From: a virus | Strand: one strand, 5' to 3' | DNA: 24,884 nt | Virus record (IMG/VR): IMGVR_UViG_3300016657_000126 | Coordinates: 1-24,884 of that record | In this document: positions 1-8,002 of the stretch, piece by piece | Layout: the number at the start of each line of letters is the position of its first letter | Position numbering within the stretch: position 1 is the stretch's first letter | Program-made: the position numbers and the translations under genes | Notes under the pieces: generated by a model | What the model was told of the DNA's origin: nothing | The model's input: only the letters and a program-made list of their open reading frames with translations | Databases searched by the model: none

Positions 1-555
1 CTCGATCAGCGCGGCGTGCTGCGCCGGGTTCGATGACTCGAGCGCCTTGATCGCCGCCGAAGCCTCCGCATGGGGGAGTGTAAGCAGGTTCAGGTTTTTA
101 GCCTCGAGGCCCGGCGCCGGGGAGTGTGTGAGGATGTAGTTTGTCAGAGAGCCTGGGCTCTCGTTGAAGAACCGCTTGTAGTGGAGATGTCGATACTTGT
201 CCGGCATATCGGCGCGCCCAAAAAGCGATTTCGCGTAGTCGCGCAGTTTCGGAACGTCGCGCTTGAAAAGGGCCTCGCCTACGGGCGCGATCCGCATGGC
301 CGCGTAGGGCACCGGCGCGCCGGCGATGCGCGACTTGAGCAGGCGGCTGCCGCCGCGCGAGTAGATGGCGGACATCTCTCGGGTGTCGGCCAGCAGGTCG
401 CCCGTGCGGGGCATCGACTGAACGTCGCGGAGCCACGACAGAGAACCGCGCTCGATCTTCTGCAGATCGCGCATCGCCTTGTAGGAGGCGGCGCCGACGG
501 CGCCGAGCCCCAGCCCGGGCAGCAAGGACGGTTGGTTGTCAGTTGTCGTAGCCAT
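1..555 (-). CDS. Hypothetical protein, 3'-truncated by the window edge (>=185 aa; MATTTDNQPSLLPGLGLGAVGAASYKAMRDLQK...)
   Basis: Not in the ORF track. Manual translation from ATG at 555-553 stays open to base 1. The start overlaps the end of the upstream gene by 17 nt. Gly/Ala-rich hydrophobic N-terminus. Confidence 0.75.
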   Translation of the reverse strand, partial: MATTTDNQPSLLPGLGLGAVGAASYKAMRDLQKIERGSLSWLRDVQSMPRTGDLLADTREMSAIYSRGGSRLLKSRIAGAPVPYAAMRIAPVGEALFKRDVPKLRDYAKSLFGRADMPDKYRHLHYKRFFNESPGSLTNYILTHSPAPGLEAKNLNLLTLPHAEASAAIKALESSNPAQHAALIE

Positions 556-1315
556 TGAAGTGTTTTTTGGCCTCGTGCAGGACCAGCGGTGACGAGAGAG
601 CGGCCGCGTAAGTGGGAAGCCCGATGAACGCGCCGAGGGCCCGAGCGCGACCGGCACCCATATTGCGCAGCAGACGATACCCGCGCGCGGAGGCTCCCAG
701 CTCCTCCAGCATCATGGGCGTGGCGCCGAGCATGCCCATGGCGGCGTTTCCTGCACCGCCGACTGCGCTGTCAGAAAACGCCACGCCGAGCGATCCGCCG
801 ATAAGCGACGGTCGCCCGATGCCGTAGAGCAAGCTGGCCAACCGGCTGCGCCCGATGGGACCCAGCGCATGTCCCGCCTCGTGACCGAGGATGCCGCTGT
901 TGGAGTTGAGGAGACGCTTTGTTAGACCGACGATCCCGCGAGACGGGTCGAAGTGGTTTCCCTTGGCTCCCACGTTCTCGAGGACGGAAATACCGCGGTC
1001 GCCAAGGAGGCGGCCGACCGCCGCGTTGACCTTCGCGTCACCCGGGCGCGCGATGGCAGGAGCGACGATGGCCTGATTGTAGAGCGCGCTCCCGAGCGCG
1101 ACCGGCGCCTCACCGGCGAGCCATCCCCAGCCGGTGCCAGGCTTTGTCGGGTCGCCATAGAGAAGCCGCTTGGCGCGGTCGCCCAGCGATTCGATCTGGG
1201 CGCCGTCGACCGCCGCGCGCTTGGTGATGTGCGCTCGGAGGTCGACGAACTGACCGCGGCGTGCATAGAGCCGCGCGAGGCGAACAAACGAGGAGTAGGC
1301 GAGCTTCGCGGGCAT
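539..1315 (-). CDS. Putative membrane-associated zinc metallopeptidase (zincin; YugP/neutral zinc metallopeptidase-like)
   Basis: HEAGH (HExxH) motif, then a Gly-rich hydrophobic stretch and a downstream E-x-x-A-S-x-R motif (EELGASARG) as in YugP-like peptidases. ATG directly abuts the stop of the RNAP gene (1316). Confidence 0.7.
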   Translation of the reverse strand: MPAKLAYSSFVRLARLYARRGQFVDLRAHITKRAAVDGAQIESLGDRAKRLLYGDPTKPGTGWGWLAGEAPVALGSALYNQAIVAPAIARPGDAKVNAAVGRLLGDRGISVLENVGAKGNHFDPSRGIVGLTKRLLNSNSGILGHEAGHALGPIGRSRLASLLYGIGRPSLIGGSLGVAFSDSAVGGAGNAAMGMLGATPMMLEELGASARGYRLLRNMGAGRARALGAFIGLPTYAAALSSPLVLHEAKKHFNGYDN

Positions 1316-4300
1316 TTAGAATTTTCCGGTTTCCTTTACTTTCTGACCGAAACCCTCGCCGTAGGCCAGCCTGGGCATCCAGTGCTCGTTCTCCTCGACG
1401 TTCGTGTCGAGGCCGGAGGTAGCGCTCTCCTCAAGGCCCTTTGAGAGGTAGGAAGAATTGAAGCGCACCATCCAGTCGTCGGTGGCGTGCGTCGCGGTGC
1501 GAAGGCGGACCATGTCCGGCGAGAACGGCGGCGGGTTGTCCTGGATCTGCACCTCGTCGATGTCCGCGTTCTTCAGCGTGCTCAGCATGCGCGGCGTGAG
1601 CTTGGTCCCGATGGTGTAGTGCATCGCCGGCGCCGCGAGAAACTTTCCGACCGCATTCTCCGCGGGCGACTTGATCTTGAGGCGCCGCGCGTCCTTCGGC
1701 GGGACATATTTCTGAGCGAGCTTCGAGTAGTAGACTACCTCGTCGGGCAGCTCGTCGACGCCCTGCTCCTCGTCCTGCTGATCGACGACCACGTGGTCGA
1801 GCGCCGCGCGCGCCAGCATCTCAGTGTGGCGTAGATCGGTCTTGGCGCCGCCATCATCCAGCATCTGCTTGAGGCGCTCGGCCAGGTAACGACGACCCTC
1901 GCCGAGCCCGCGAAGGCGCACGATGTCGCGAGGATCCACGAGCCCGTCGGACAGCGCGTCACCCGGCTCGACTTCGTCTCCCTCCTTCACCGCGATCTCC
2001 TGGCCGGGCAGGACGTAGACGGGGTTGCCGTTCACGTGGACGTAGGTGCCGCCCTGCGGCGCCGGCTCGATGCGTGTCACGCGACCTGATTCCTCGGCGA
2101 CGGCCGCGCGGTCCTTGAATACTTCAGGCGCCTGCACCAGCTGGTTCAGATACTCGAAGCCGGTGTATTTCTTGCGCCCCTTCGCCTGGCCGGCGGTGTT
2201 TTTAACGATCAGCCCGTTCTCGAGCACGAAGAGCTGGTCTTTGTGCTTCACGGTAATGTCGAAGCAATGCGCGGGTCCAATGTGCTCGACCGCACGTAAA
2301 GCTGCTGTCGAGTTTTTCTCAGGTTGCCCTGCTTTAGCCAGACGCTGAAGTAGGGCGTTCTTAACACCGGGGATCTTGCCCACGTAGGCAGCGAATCGCG
2401 CGACGTTGTCGATGCCCGCCAGCCCGAACGTAAAGATGTCGTTTTTTCTGTTTTCCTCTCCTGCCGAGCCATGCAGGCGGATCGACTGGCAAACAATACC
2501 AGCTCGAAATTCAATTAAATCGCGGGTGTCCTTCAGCAGTTGAAGTGAGGTGGAGGCAAAGCTGATAGCGGGACACTTTCCACTGATGTAGACGCAACCG
2601 TCCGTAGCCAGGTAGCCGGCCAGAACTGCGCCTACACTGAAATCGTCCCACGAGGTCAAAACCTCCGAAGGAATCCGCTTTTCATGCGCATACTTATTCG
2701 CCAATCCCCAGCGAAGCGCTGCGAGCTTGGCCTTATTCGCCATACCCCCGGCAACGACGCGACCCTTGGCGTCTTTGACGTATTCCGGCTTAATTTGAAC
2801 AATGCGCCAGTCGTGGCTGCGCTTGCTCTTCTTTAGAACCAGATTGTGCGTCACGAGCAGCGCGTTCATGTCGTGGATTTGGGTCTCGTCCGCGCAGGAA
2901 ATCGTGATGTGCGCCGTTCCAGAATTTCGGGCAGTAGCGTGCCTGGTGGTGGTGCTGTTCCAGCGATTACCATCACCCAGGAAAACGCCCAGCAGCAGTG
3001 CCAGAGGTTCATGCGTAGCGTGGCTCCCGTTATGCGGTCCCGGGAGGACTGCGTGATCTTTCGAGACACGCAAATCTCCCGCCTTAACTTTCTTCTGCGA
3101 GCCGGACTGCAGCGAAAGGATCTGGTGCTCGGTAGTGCACTCGACGGTGCGTAGGTTTCTCGAACAGCCCTTCTGGAAGGTATACTTGTAAACGTCCTGA
3201 GTGCCTTGATCCCAGCTCGCCAGAACCTCCACAGGGAAAGTTCGGCCCGCCACGTCGGCGCCAAGGACCAAGTCTCCAGGCTTCACGTCCTCGATCGGCT
3301 TAACGCTGAAATCAGCCATGCGCACGCGCGTGCCTTTTTTGAGGCAGTGCTTCGTGGACAACGCCGCCTGCGTCACGGGCTCGGCGGCGGCATGCGCGGA
3401 GGTGATACCCACCATCTCGCCGATCGGCGGCAGGAAGCCGCGGGCGTCGGCGCCGGCGCAGTGCGCGCAGATACCGTGCTTCGCGCGGCACACGAGGGGG
3501 CTGCGGACGAGAACGCTGCCGACTTTCTTGCGTTCGAGCACAGAGATCGCGTCGCGGTCGAGGATGGTGCCGGCCTCGAGGCCGGCGGTGGCTTTTGCCA
3601 ATACACGGTTCCGGAGTCCGGATCCTACCTCGGCGTCCAGTCCGTCGGTCACCCCGCAGTCGTCTTCCGACACCACCAGGTGCGACGAGGTCTGCGCCCA
3701 CTGTTTGCCGAGGTCGCCGCCCTTGGCCGTGGAGTTCGACACGATGATGCCGTTCGCCAGCACAAACAGGTGATCCGGATGGTCCACCTCAAGGTCGCAG
3801 CAACGCGAGGCGGGTCCGATGCGCTCGTCGGCCAGCGACACCGGCTTGCCGTCCGCGCACATCAGGTAGTCGCGCTTCGCCACGTCACGGAGAGCGACGA
3901 CTTCGTTCGCCGAGTCGCGACCGCCCTCACGGAGGAACTTGTGGTCGCGCGTGCAGTAGACCGTGAGGCGCGTAGTGTTGAGCGGGTCCATTCCGCGTTT
4001 TCGGAACGAGAAAAACACGACCGGCTTGTGACCCTGGTCGAAGTTGTTGAGCACGGTGACCGGAAACGTCGCGCCATTTTTGTCGGCGCCCATCACCTTC
4101 TCACCGACCTCGATGTCCCGGATCTCTTTCACCCGGCCGTCGGCCATGCGGACCTGCGTTCGTTCCCACAGACAGCGCTTCGTTGAGACCACCGAGTGAC
4201 GCGCGCCGTAGCTGCCGGCGAGGTGCTCGTAGGGGCGAAGGCCCTGCGCGAAGCTGTGGCGGATGAAGAGCGGGACCGTGCGCCCCACCGAGTCTTGGTA

Positions 4301-4762
4301 GAGGCCTGGCGTGGTGATCATCGCCTTCAGCTGCGCCGGCTTGCCGCGGGCGCCGGAGGCCACGGAGAAGGCGAGGCCCGTCTGACGCTTCATACTCTCC
4401 TGCATCGTGAGCGGTTCCAGCTCGTCGGAATAACGAAGCCAGATCTGCTCGCGCTTCTGGGCGAACTCCTCCGGGCTCTTCGCAGCCTTCTTTGCCGCGG
4501 CGATCTCGCGGTCCATCGCGGCGAAGATCTTTGGCGTGTCGACAACCGGCTTCATGTCGTCGAGCGAGAGCGTCTCGCCCATCGTGTAGGCGGCGAGGCG
4601 ACCGGCGTCGTTGATGCGCTTCACGACGTCCGAGAACTTGTCGGGGTGGTCGCGCGCGACCTCGACGAGGAGACTCTCCACGCCCTTGGCATCCAGCTTG
4701 ATTTCCCTGTCCCGCATCTCCTTGGGGAGCGCGGCGCGCACGATGAGTTCGATAGCCTTCAC
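1316..4762 (-). CDS. rpoC2-like: DNA-directed RNA polymerase beta-prime subunit, C-terminal half (RpoC2/beta''-like), precursor with two inteins; predicted spliced product 618 aa
   Basis: SGARGK...QL, SFAQGL...SYGAR (F-loop/bridge helix), EDDCG plus RSPLVC-x6-C-x2-C zinc site, GEMVGITSAHAAAEPVTQAALSTKH (trigger helix/loop), VKEGDEVEPGDALSDGLVDPRDIVRLRG, RHTEMLAR. No NADFDGD catalytic motif. GTG start. Confidence 0.95.
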   Translation of the reverse strand: MKAIELIVRAALPKEMRDREIKLDAKGVESLLVEVARDHPDKFSDVVKRINDAGRLAAYTMGETLSLDDMKPVVDTPKIFAAMDREIAAAKKAAKSPEEFAQKREQIWLRYSDELEPLTMQESMKRQTGLAFSVASGARGKPAQLKAMITTPGLYQDSVGRTVPLFIRHSFAQGLRPYEHLAGSYGARHSVVSTKRCLWERTQVRMADGRVKEIRDIEVGEKVMGADKNGATFPVTVLNNFDQGHKPVVFFSFRKRGMDPLNTTRLTVYCTRDHKFLREGGRDSANEVVALRDVAKRDYLMCADGKPVSLADERIGPASRCCDLEVDHPDHLFVLANGIIVSNSTAKGGDLGKQWAQTSSHLVVSEDDCGVTDGLDAEVGSGLRNRVLAKATAGLEAGTILDRDAISVLERKKVGSVLVRSPLVCRAKHGICAHCAGADARGFLPPIGEMVGITSAHAAAEPVTQAALSTKHCLKKGTRVRMADFSVKPIEDVKPGDLVLGADVAGRTFPVEVLASWDQGTQDVYKYTFQKGCSRNLRTVECTTEHQILSLQSGSQKKVKAGDLRVSKDHAVLPGPHNGSHATHEPLALLLGVFLGDGNRWNSTTTRHATARNSGTAHITISCADETQIHDMNALLVTHNLVLKKSKRSHDWRIVQIKPEYVKDAKGRVVAGGMANKAKLAALRWGLANKYAHEKRIPSEVLTSWDDFSVGAVLAGYLATDGCVYISGKCPAISFASTSLQLLKDTRDLIEFRAGIVCQSIRLHGSAGEENRKNDIFTFGLAGIDNVARFAAYVGKIPGVKNALLQRLAKAGQPEKNSTAALRAVEHIGPAHCFDITVKHKDQLFVLENGLIVKNTAGQAKGRKKYTGFEYLNQLVQAPEVFKDRAAVAEESGRVTRIEPAPQGGTYVHVNGNPVYVLPGQEIAVKEGDEVEPGDALSDGLVDPRDIVRLRGLGEGRRYLAERLKQMLDDGGAKTDLRHTEMLARAALDHVVVDQQDEEQGVDELPDEVVYYSKLAQKYVPPKDARRLKIKSPAENAVGKFLAAPAMHYTIGTKLTPRMLSTLKNADIDEVQIQDNPPPFSPDMVRLRTATHATDDWMVRFNSSYLSKGLEESATSGLDTNVEENEHWMPRLAYGEGFGQKVKETGKF
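2198..3346 (-). mobile_element. Intein with LAGLIDADG homing endonuclease (383 aa, aa 473-855) inserted in the RNAP trigger loop
   Basis: Starts CLKKGTRVRMADF, block B TTEH, two LAGLIDADG-type helices (LLGVFLGDG; LAGYLATDG), ends QLFVLENGLIVKN followed by Thr. Removal restores EPVTQAALSTKH|TAG (cf. EPGTQLTMRTFH|IGG). Visibly more AT-rich than the flanks. Confidence 0.94.
3734..4174 (-). mobile_element. Mini-intein (147 aa, aa 197-343) inserted in the RNAP bridge helix
   Basis: Starts CLWERTQVRMADG, block B TRDH, ends HLFVLANGIIVSN followed by Ser. Removal restores GARHSVVSTKR|STAKGGDL, which aligns with bacterial GARKGLADTALKTANSGYL. Too short to hold an endonuclease. Confidence 0.93.
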
Positions 4763-4768
4763 CGCGTC

Positions 4769-4797
4769 AGTCTGCGGAGGTGGCCGCCGACCGGCAA
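4769..4797 (-). promoter_or_regulatory. Candidate sigma70-type leaderless promoter of the RNAP gene
   Basis: TTGCCG-17 nt-CAGACT-6 nt-GTG start in a 38-nt gap; no Shine-Dalgarno. Confidence 0.4.
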
Positions 4798-4800
4798 GCG

Positions 4801-5145
4801 TCAGAAGACGCGCGGGCTGCCGTGGGAGCGAACAAGCACGCTGACGGGGCGGGTGCTGTTGTCGCGCTTCACCCGGATCGCGTAGATCGGGGTGCTCGGG
4901 AGGTTCAAAAAGAAGGGAGCGGCGGCGGCCGCGGCGACGTTCACCCAGTCGCTCTCAGCGAGCGGATCGCGAGCGCAAACTTGCACGGTGAGCTGCACGG
5001 CGCCGGCGGTGTTGTCGGTGAAGGTGGCGAACACCGCGTGGTTGAGGAACTCATCGCGACGCACGGGATTCGACGTGGCGTTGGCCGTCACGTTGGCGGT
5101 GAAAAGCTCGACGTAGGAAGCGGTGGAAGTGTTCAGCGCGGGCAT
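4801..5145 (-). CDS. Hypothetical small beta-rich protein (114 aa), possibly a virion decoration-type beta-sandwich
   Basis: Fits the gene tiling; alternating hydrophobic strands (AVQLTVQVC...DWVNV...IYAIRVKR). Function is a guess. Confidence 0.7.
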   Translation of the reverse strand: MPALNTSTASYVELFTANVTANATSNPVRRDEFLNHAVFATFTDNTAGAVQLTVQVCARDPLAESDWVNVAAAAAAPFFLNLPSTPIYAIRVKRDNSTRPVSVLVRSHGSPRVF

Positions 5146-5151
5146 GAGCGG

Positions 5152-5180
5152 ATATTTCCAGATCAGGCGTTAGGACGCAA
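5152..5180 (-). promoter_or_regulatory. Candidate sigma70-type leaderless promoter
   Basis: TTGCGT-17 nt-AAATAT-6 nt-ATG in a 38-nt gap, same geometry as the adjacent gap. Confidence 0.4.
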
Positions 5181-5183
5181 CCA

Positions 5184-5729
5184 TCACTGCTTGGCTGTCT
5201 TTAGCTCGGAACGATACTCGCGTATCTCGGCGCGCATCTCGATAAGGAGCTGGCGCGTGGCTTTGCTCTCGGCGGCGACTTCTCGAAATTCGTTGGCGGC
5301 CCGCTCGACGGCGGCGACGCGCTGATCCAAGACCGGGACGACGGTGGCGAGCGGGCGGATGGTGTCGACGACGCCGCTGATGGAGGCCAGGCGCTCATTG
5401 GTGTTGGTCTGCACGAGCTCGAGGCGCTTGCGCTCGGCCTCCTGCAGCTGCTTGTCGGACTCGCGCTGCTCCTGCGCCTTCTTCGCAGCCTCGCTGAGCG
5501 ACTGGTTGAAGCTGTTGCCAAGATCGGAAATTGCCTGCGCGGTGACCTGCTTGGCCTCCTGCTGATTGACCGCGATGTTCTGCACCGAGTTCTGGAGCGA
5601 ATTGAAGGCCAGCGCCCCGGCGATCACGAACCCCATCACCGTGAGAAGCGTCCCGAGGGACACTCCAAAACCGAAGCGGCGATCGCCGACTTTGACTGGT
5701 GTTTCGGTAGAAAGTTCGCGCGAGCTCAT
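5184..5729 (-). CDS. Single-pass membrane protein with long coiled coil (181 aa from ATG 5729)
   Basis: One TM segment (FGVSLGTLLTVMGFVIAGALAF) then Q/E/A-rich heptads. Start uncertain: the frame stays open upstream (GTG 5969 overlaps the previous stop), but the first part of the 326-aa track ORF looks spurious. Confidence 0.7.
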   Translation of the reverse strand: MSSRELSTETPVKVGDRRFGFGVSLGTLLTVMGFVIAGALAFNSLQNSVQNIAVNQQEAKQVTAQAISDLGNSFNQSLSEAAKKAQEQRESDKQLQEAERKRLELVQTNTNERLASISGVVDTIRPLATVVPVLDQRVAAVERAANEFREVAAESKATRQLLIEMRAEIREYRSELKTAKQ

Positions 5730-5965
5730 GCTAGTTCTATCAGCGTGCGAAGCCTTCCTGCGCCGGTCAACGGAGTGCGCCACCAGCGCACAATAGACCC
5801 GCAAACCACTTACCGCGCGCCAGAACTCGCGTGTGGGCAAGCCGCCGACAGCGCGCCAAAGAGCCCAGGCCTTCGCCAGTCGCTCGTGCTCCATGTGCGT
5901 CCACCGTATCTCCAAGTCCATGGTGCTCACGTTTTGCCAGGTTGGTGTTTTGGCGATGGAGGAAA

Positions 5966-6166
5966 TCACGCAGCAAGTAGCGCGCGCAAAGCGCTTGCCG
6001 TAACTGGAAGCACCCAGGCCACGAGCAGCGCGATCGCCGCGAAGAGCGCGAGGTAGCAGAGAGCGCGGAAGCGGCGGCACCGCCAGAGAGCGCGGAACAC
6101 GCAACCCTGCCAGAGCAGCGCTTGTTTGCAGGGGGAAAGGACGGGGTCTTTGGTGCATCGACACAT
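5966..6166 (-). CDS. Small Cys/Arg-rich putative membrane protein (66 aa)
   Basis: ATG 1 nt after the upstream stop; C-terminal hydrophobic segment LCYLALFAAIALLVAWVLPV. Confidence 0.45.
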   Translation of the reverse strand: MCRCTKDPVLSPCKQALLWQGCVFRALWRCRRFRALCYLALFAAIALLVAWVLPVTASALRALLAA

Positions 6167-6167
6167 G

Positions 6168-6497
6168 TTAGATGGATTTTTCCCAGTCGGGTATTAGCAC
6201 TGTCTGGCTCGTCAGCGCGTGTGTGGTGTCAGAGCAGAATTCGATAAAACCTTCGCGAACGAAAAAGTGGCAGCGGTCCTTCACCAGCTCCGGTTTACCC
6301 GGCCCCTGCGGGAGCGAATAGGCGATGTCGATGGACGGCGAGAACGTGGGCTTGTCGAAGTCGCCGTTGAACGCCCACTGCGCGCCGTTGCTGTTGGGTC
6401 GTGATGTCCACACGCCGTGCGCGCACTTGCAGCCCGGACAGAAGAAAACGAAGTCCGGGCTCTCTGCGTCTTCGATGCGCAGGGCGTGCAGTTTCAT
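6168..6497 (-). CDS. DUF6527-like Cys/His protein (109 aa), probable metal binder
   Basis: FFCPGCKCAH...WAFNGDFDKPTFSPSI...CHFFVREGFIEFCSDTTHAL pattern. Start moved to ATG 6497 because of the ATGA overlap with the upstream stop. Confidence 0.8.
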   Translation of the reverse strand: MKLHALRIEDAESPDFVFFCPGCKCAHGVWTSRPNSNGAQWAFNGDFDKPTFSPSIDIAYSLPQGPGKPELVKDRCHFFVREGFIEFCSDTTHALTSQTVLIPDWEKSI

Positions 6498-6823
6498 TGG
6501 CGCCCCATTCGGTGCCACTGGTTCATGACGATGAACTTTTCCAGCGCGTCAGCGTTCAGGAAAATGGCGCCGGAAACCGTGGTGACGCCGTAGCGGCGCT
6601 CGAGGGGCGGGAGAAACTTGTCGCGATACTTTTCGAGCAGCGCCTCGTAGCGCATGAGCGCGCGCGTGGTGATCTCGGCCCCGCCCTGGGGAAGGAGGCG
6701 GATGATACCTCCGTTTTGCTCGTTCTGATCCCACGAAATCACCGACGGCATTGGCGTCGGCTCGGGGACAACGGTGCCGCACCCCGCGAGCGCGAGGGTG
6801 AGGACCAGAAACAGCGCTTTCAT
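6494..6823 (-). CDS. Lipoprotein, candidate o-spanin-like (109 aa)
   Basis: MKALFLVLTLALAG|C lipobox; Pro-rich stretch after the Cys (VVPEPTPMPS); ATGA-coupled to the upstream small membrane gene. Confidence 0.65.
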   Translation of the reverse strand: MKALFLVLTLALAGCGTVVPEPTPMPSVISWDQNEQNGGIIRLLPQGGAEITTRALMRYEALLEKYRDKFLPPLERRYGVTTVSGAIFLNADALEKFIVMNQWHRMGRQ

Positions 6824-7014
6824 TCGCTGGTGAGTTTGCGGATCTTCTCGAGGTCTTTGTCGGCGATGGCGTCGCGGGCCTCGTCCGCGATCTTGGCATC
6901 CACGCGGGCATCCGCGGAACGCTTCATCTCCGGCGTGTTGTTTGCCTCCTGCCGATTCTTGGCCAGTCCGAAGATATTGGCCAAGATCTGCAGGAGGGCG
7001 GTGAGCGCCTGCAT
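6820..7014 (-). CDS. Small membrane-anchored helical protein, candidate i-spanin-like (64 aa)
   Basis: N-terminal hydrophobic/amphipathic helix (MQALTALLQILANIFGL) then a charged helical tail; AGGAG-free but coupled to the lipoprotein gene. Confidence 0.55.
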   Translation of the reverse strand: MQALTALLQILANIFGLAKNRQEANNTPEMKRSADARVDAKIADEARDAIADKDLEKIRKLTSE

Positions 7015-7025
7015 GGCGAGGAGCC

Positions 7026-7862
7026 TCAGCGGAGCTTGAGGTCGTCGAAGGAGAGCTCGGCGAGCGGGTCGCCGCCGGCGCCGGTCAGCGTGCCAGACGC
7101 GCCAGCTTTCGCGCCCTCGGCGATGGCGATGAGCACCGCCTTGAAGGCGGGCTTTGCGTCGATCGCGTTCTGGACGTTGATCGCGTAGAACGATTGGTAG
7201 ACGCCGAGCGCGAGGGTGAAGGCGTTCGCGGCGAGCGGACCATACTCGGTCTTGGCGAGGGAGGCGCTGATGAGCTTGGTCAACTCGACCGGGTCGTAGG
7301 TGGAGTCGGCCGCGACGAGGATGACATCGGCGACCGCCAACACCGCCGGCGCCGCCTGGGGCTTGGCCAGAAGCGCGGCGTTGGTCGCGGTCGAAGTGGT
7401 CGCACGCACGACGGTCGCGATGCGTTGGATTTGCGCTTCCTGCGTGGGCGCCTTGGTGACGAGGTTGCAGCCGGAGGTCATGCTGATGACTGCGGCAGAG
7501 CCGCCGAGCACGCAGAAGAAGATGAGCATGCCGACCACGCCGCCGTTACCGCCGTCAGGCTTCTTCGCAGGAGTCTGGAGCTCCTGCTTGTAGTCTTCGG
7601 CGATCACCTTCGGGAGATTCTCGCCGTAGAGGAACGCGCGCCACATGCCGATGATACCGCCCTGCGTGCGGGCGCCGTTGTAGATGCGGCCGACGATCAT
7701 GAGCACGAGCGTGGCGGTGACGCCGTTCAACTGCCACTGGCTGATCGGCGTATTGAGCAGCGCGGAGGGATCGGTCACGGCGGCGGCTTCGGCGGCCATG
7801 GCGAGGGAAGCAAGAGCGAACCCCGCGAAGACAAACATCAGGAGACGGAACAAGGACTTCAT
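7026..7862 (-). CDS. Membrane protein with N-terminal signal peptide, holin-like segment and internal lipobox-like motif (278 aa)
   Basis: MKSLFRLLMFVFAGFALASLAMA|AE; hydrophobic VTATLVLMIVGR and GGIIGMWRAFLYG; second hydrophobic run ending MTSG|C; Ala-rich amphipathic C-terminal half. Confidence 0.7.
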   Translation of the reverse strand: MKSLFRLLMFVFAGFALASLAMAAEAAAVTDPSALLNTPISQWQLNGVTATLVLMIVGRIYNGARTQGGIIGMWRAFLYGENLPKVIAEDYKQELQTPAKKPDGGNGGVVGMLIFFCVLGGSAAVISMTSGCNLVTKAPTQEAQIQRIATVVRATTSTATNAALLAKPQAAPAVLAVADVILVAADSTYDPVELTKLISASLAKTEYGPLAANAFTLALGVYQSFYAINVQNAIDAKPAFKAVLIAIAEGAKAGASGTLTGAGGDPLAELSFDDLKLR

Positions 7863-7899
7863 GGTGACTTTGGATTAAGGTTGAACGGAACGACTCCGG

Positions 7900-7929
7900 A
7901 GTATCCGCCCGGGAACGACGTTCGGTCAA
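7900..7929 (-). promoter_or_regulatory. Candidate sigma70-type promoter for the membrane/lysis-like cluster
   Basis: TTGACC-18 nt-GATACT located just downstream of the terminator. Confidence 0.45.
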
Positions 7930-7945
7930 GGCAGCGACTAAACGC

Positions 7946-7974
7946 AAAAAAGCCGCGTGATTTTCTCACGCGGC
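7946..7974 (-). terminator. Intrinsic (Rho-independent) terminator
   Basis: GCCGCGTGA-gaaaa-TCACGCGGC perfect 9-bp stem followed by TTTTTT on the minus strand. Confidence 0.9.
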
Positions 7975-8002
7975 CCAACAACACACAGGAGCTGACAGAA
8001 AA

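Noticed and set aside
1316-4762. Cellular (cyanobacterial/plastid) rpoC2 locus
   Set aside because: No rpoB/rpoC1 or ribosomal protein neighbours, no large trigger-loop insertion, divergent motifs, and a phage-like gene context.
5730-6164. N-terminal 145 aa of the 326-aa track ORF
   Set aside because: The first part overlaps a better-coupled 66-aa ORF and reads as off-frame sequence; a start at 5969 or 5921 cannot be excluded.
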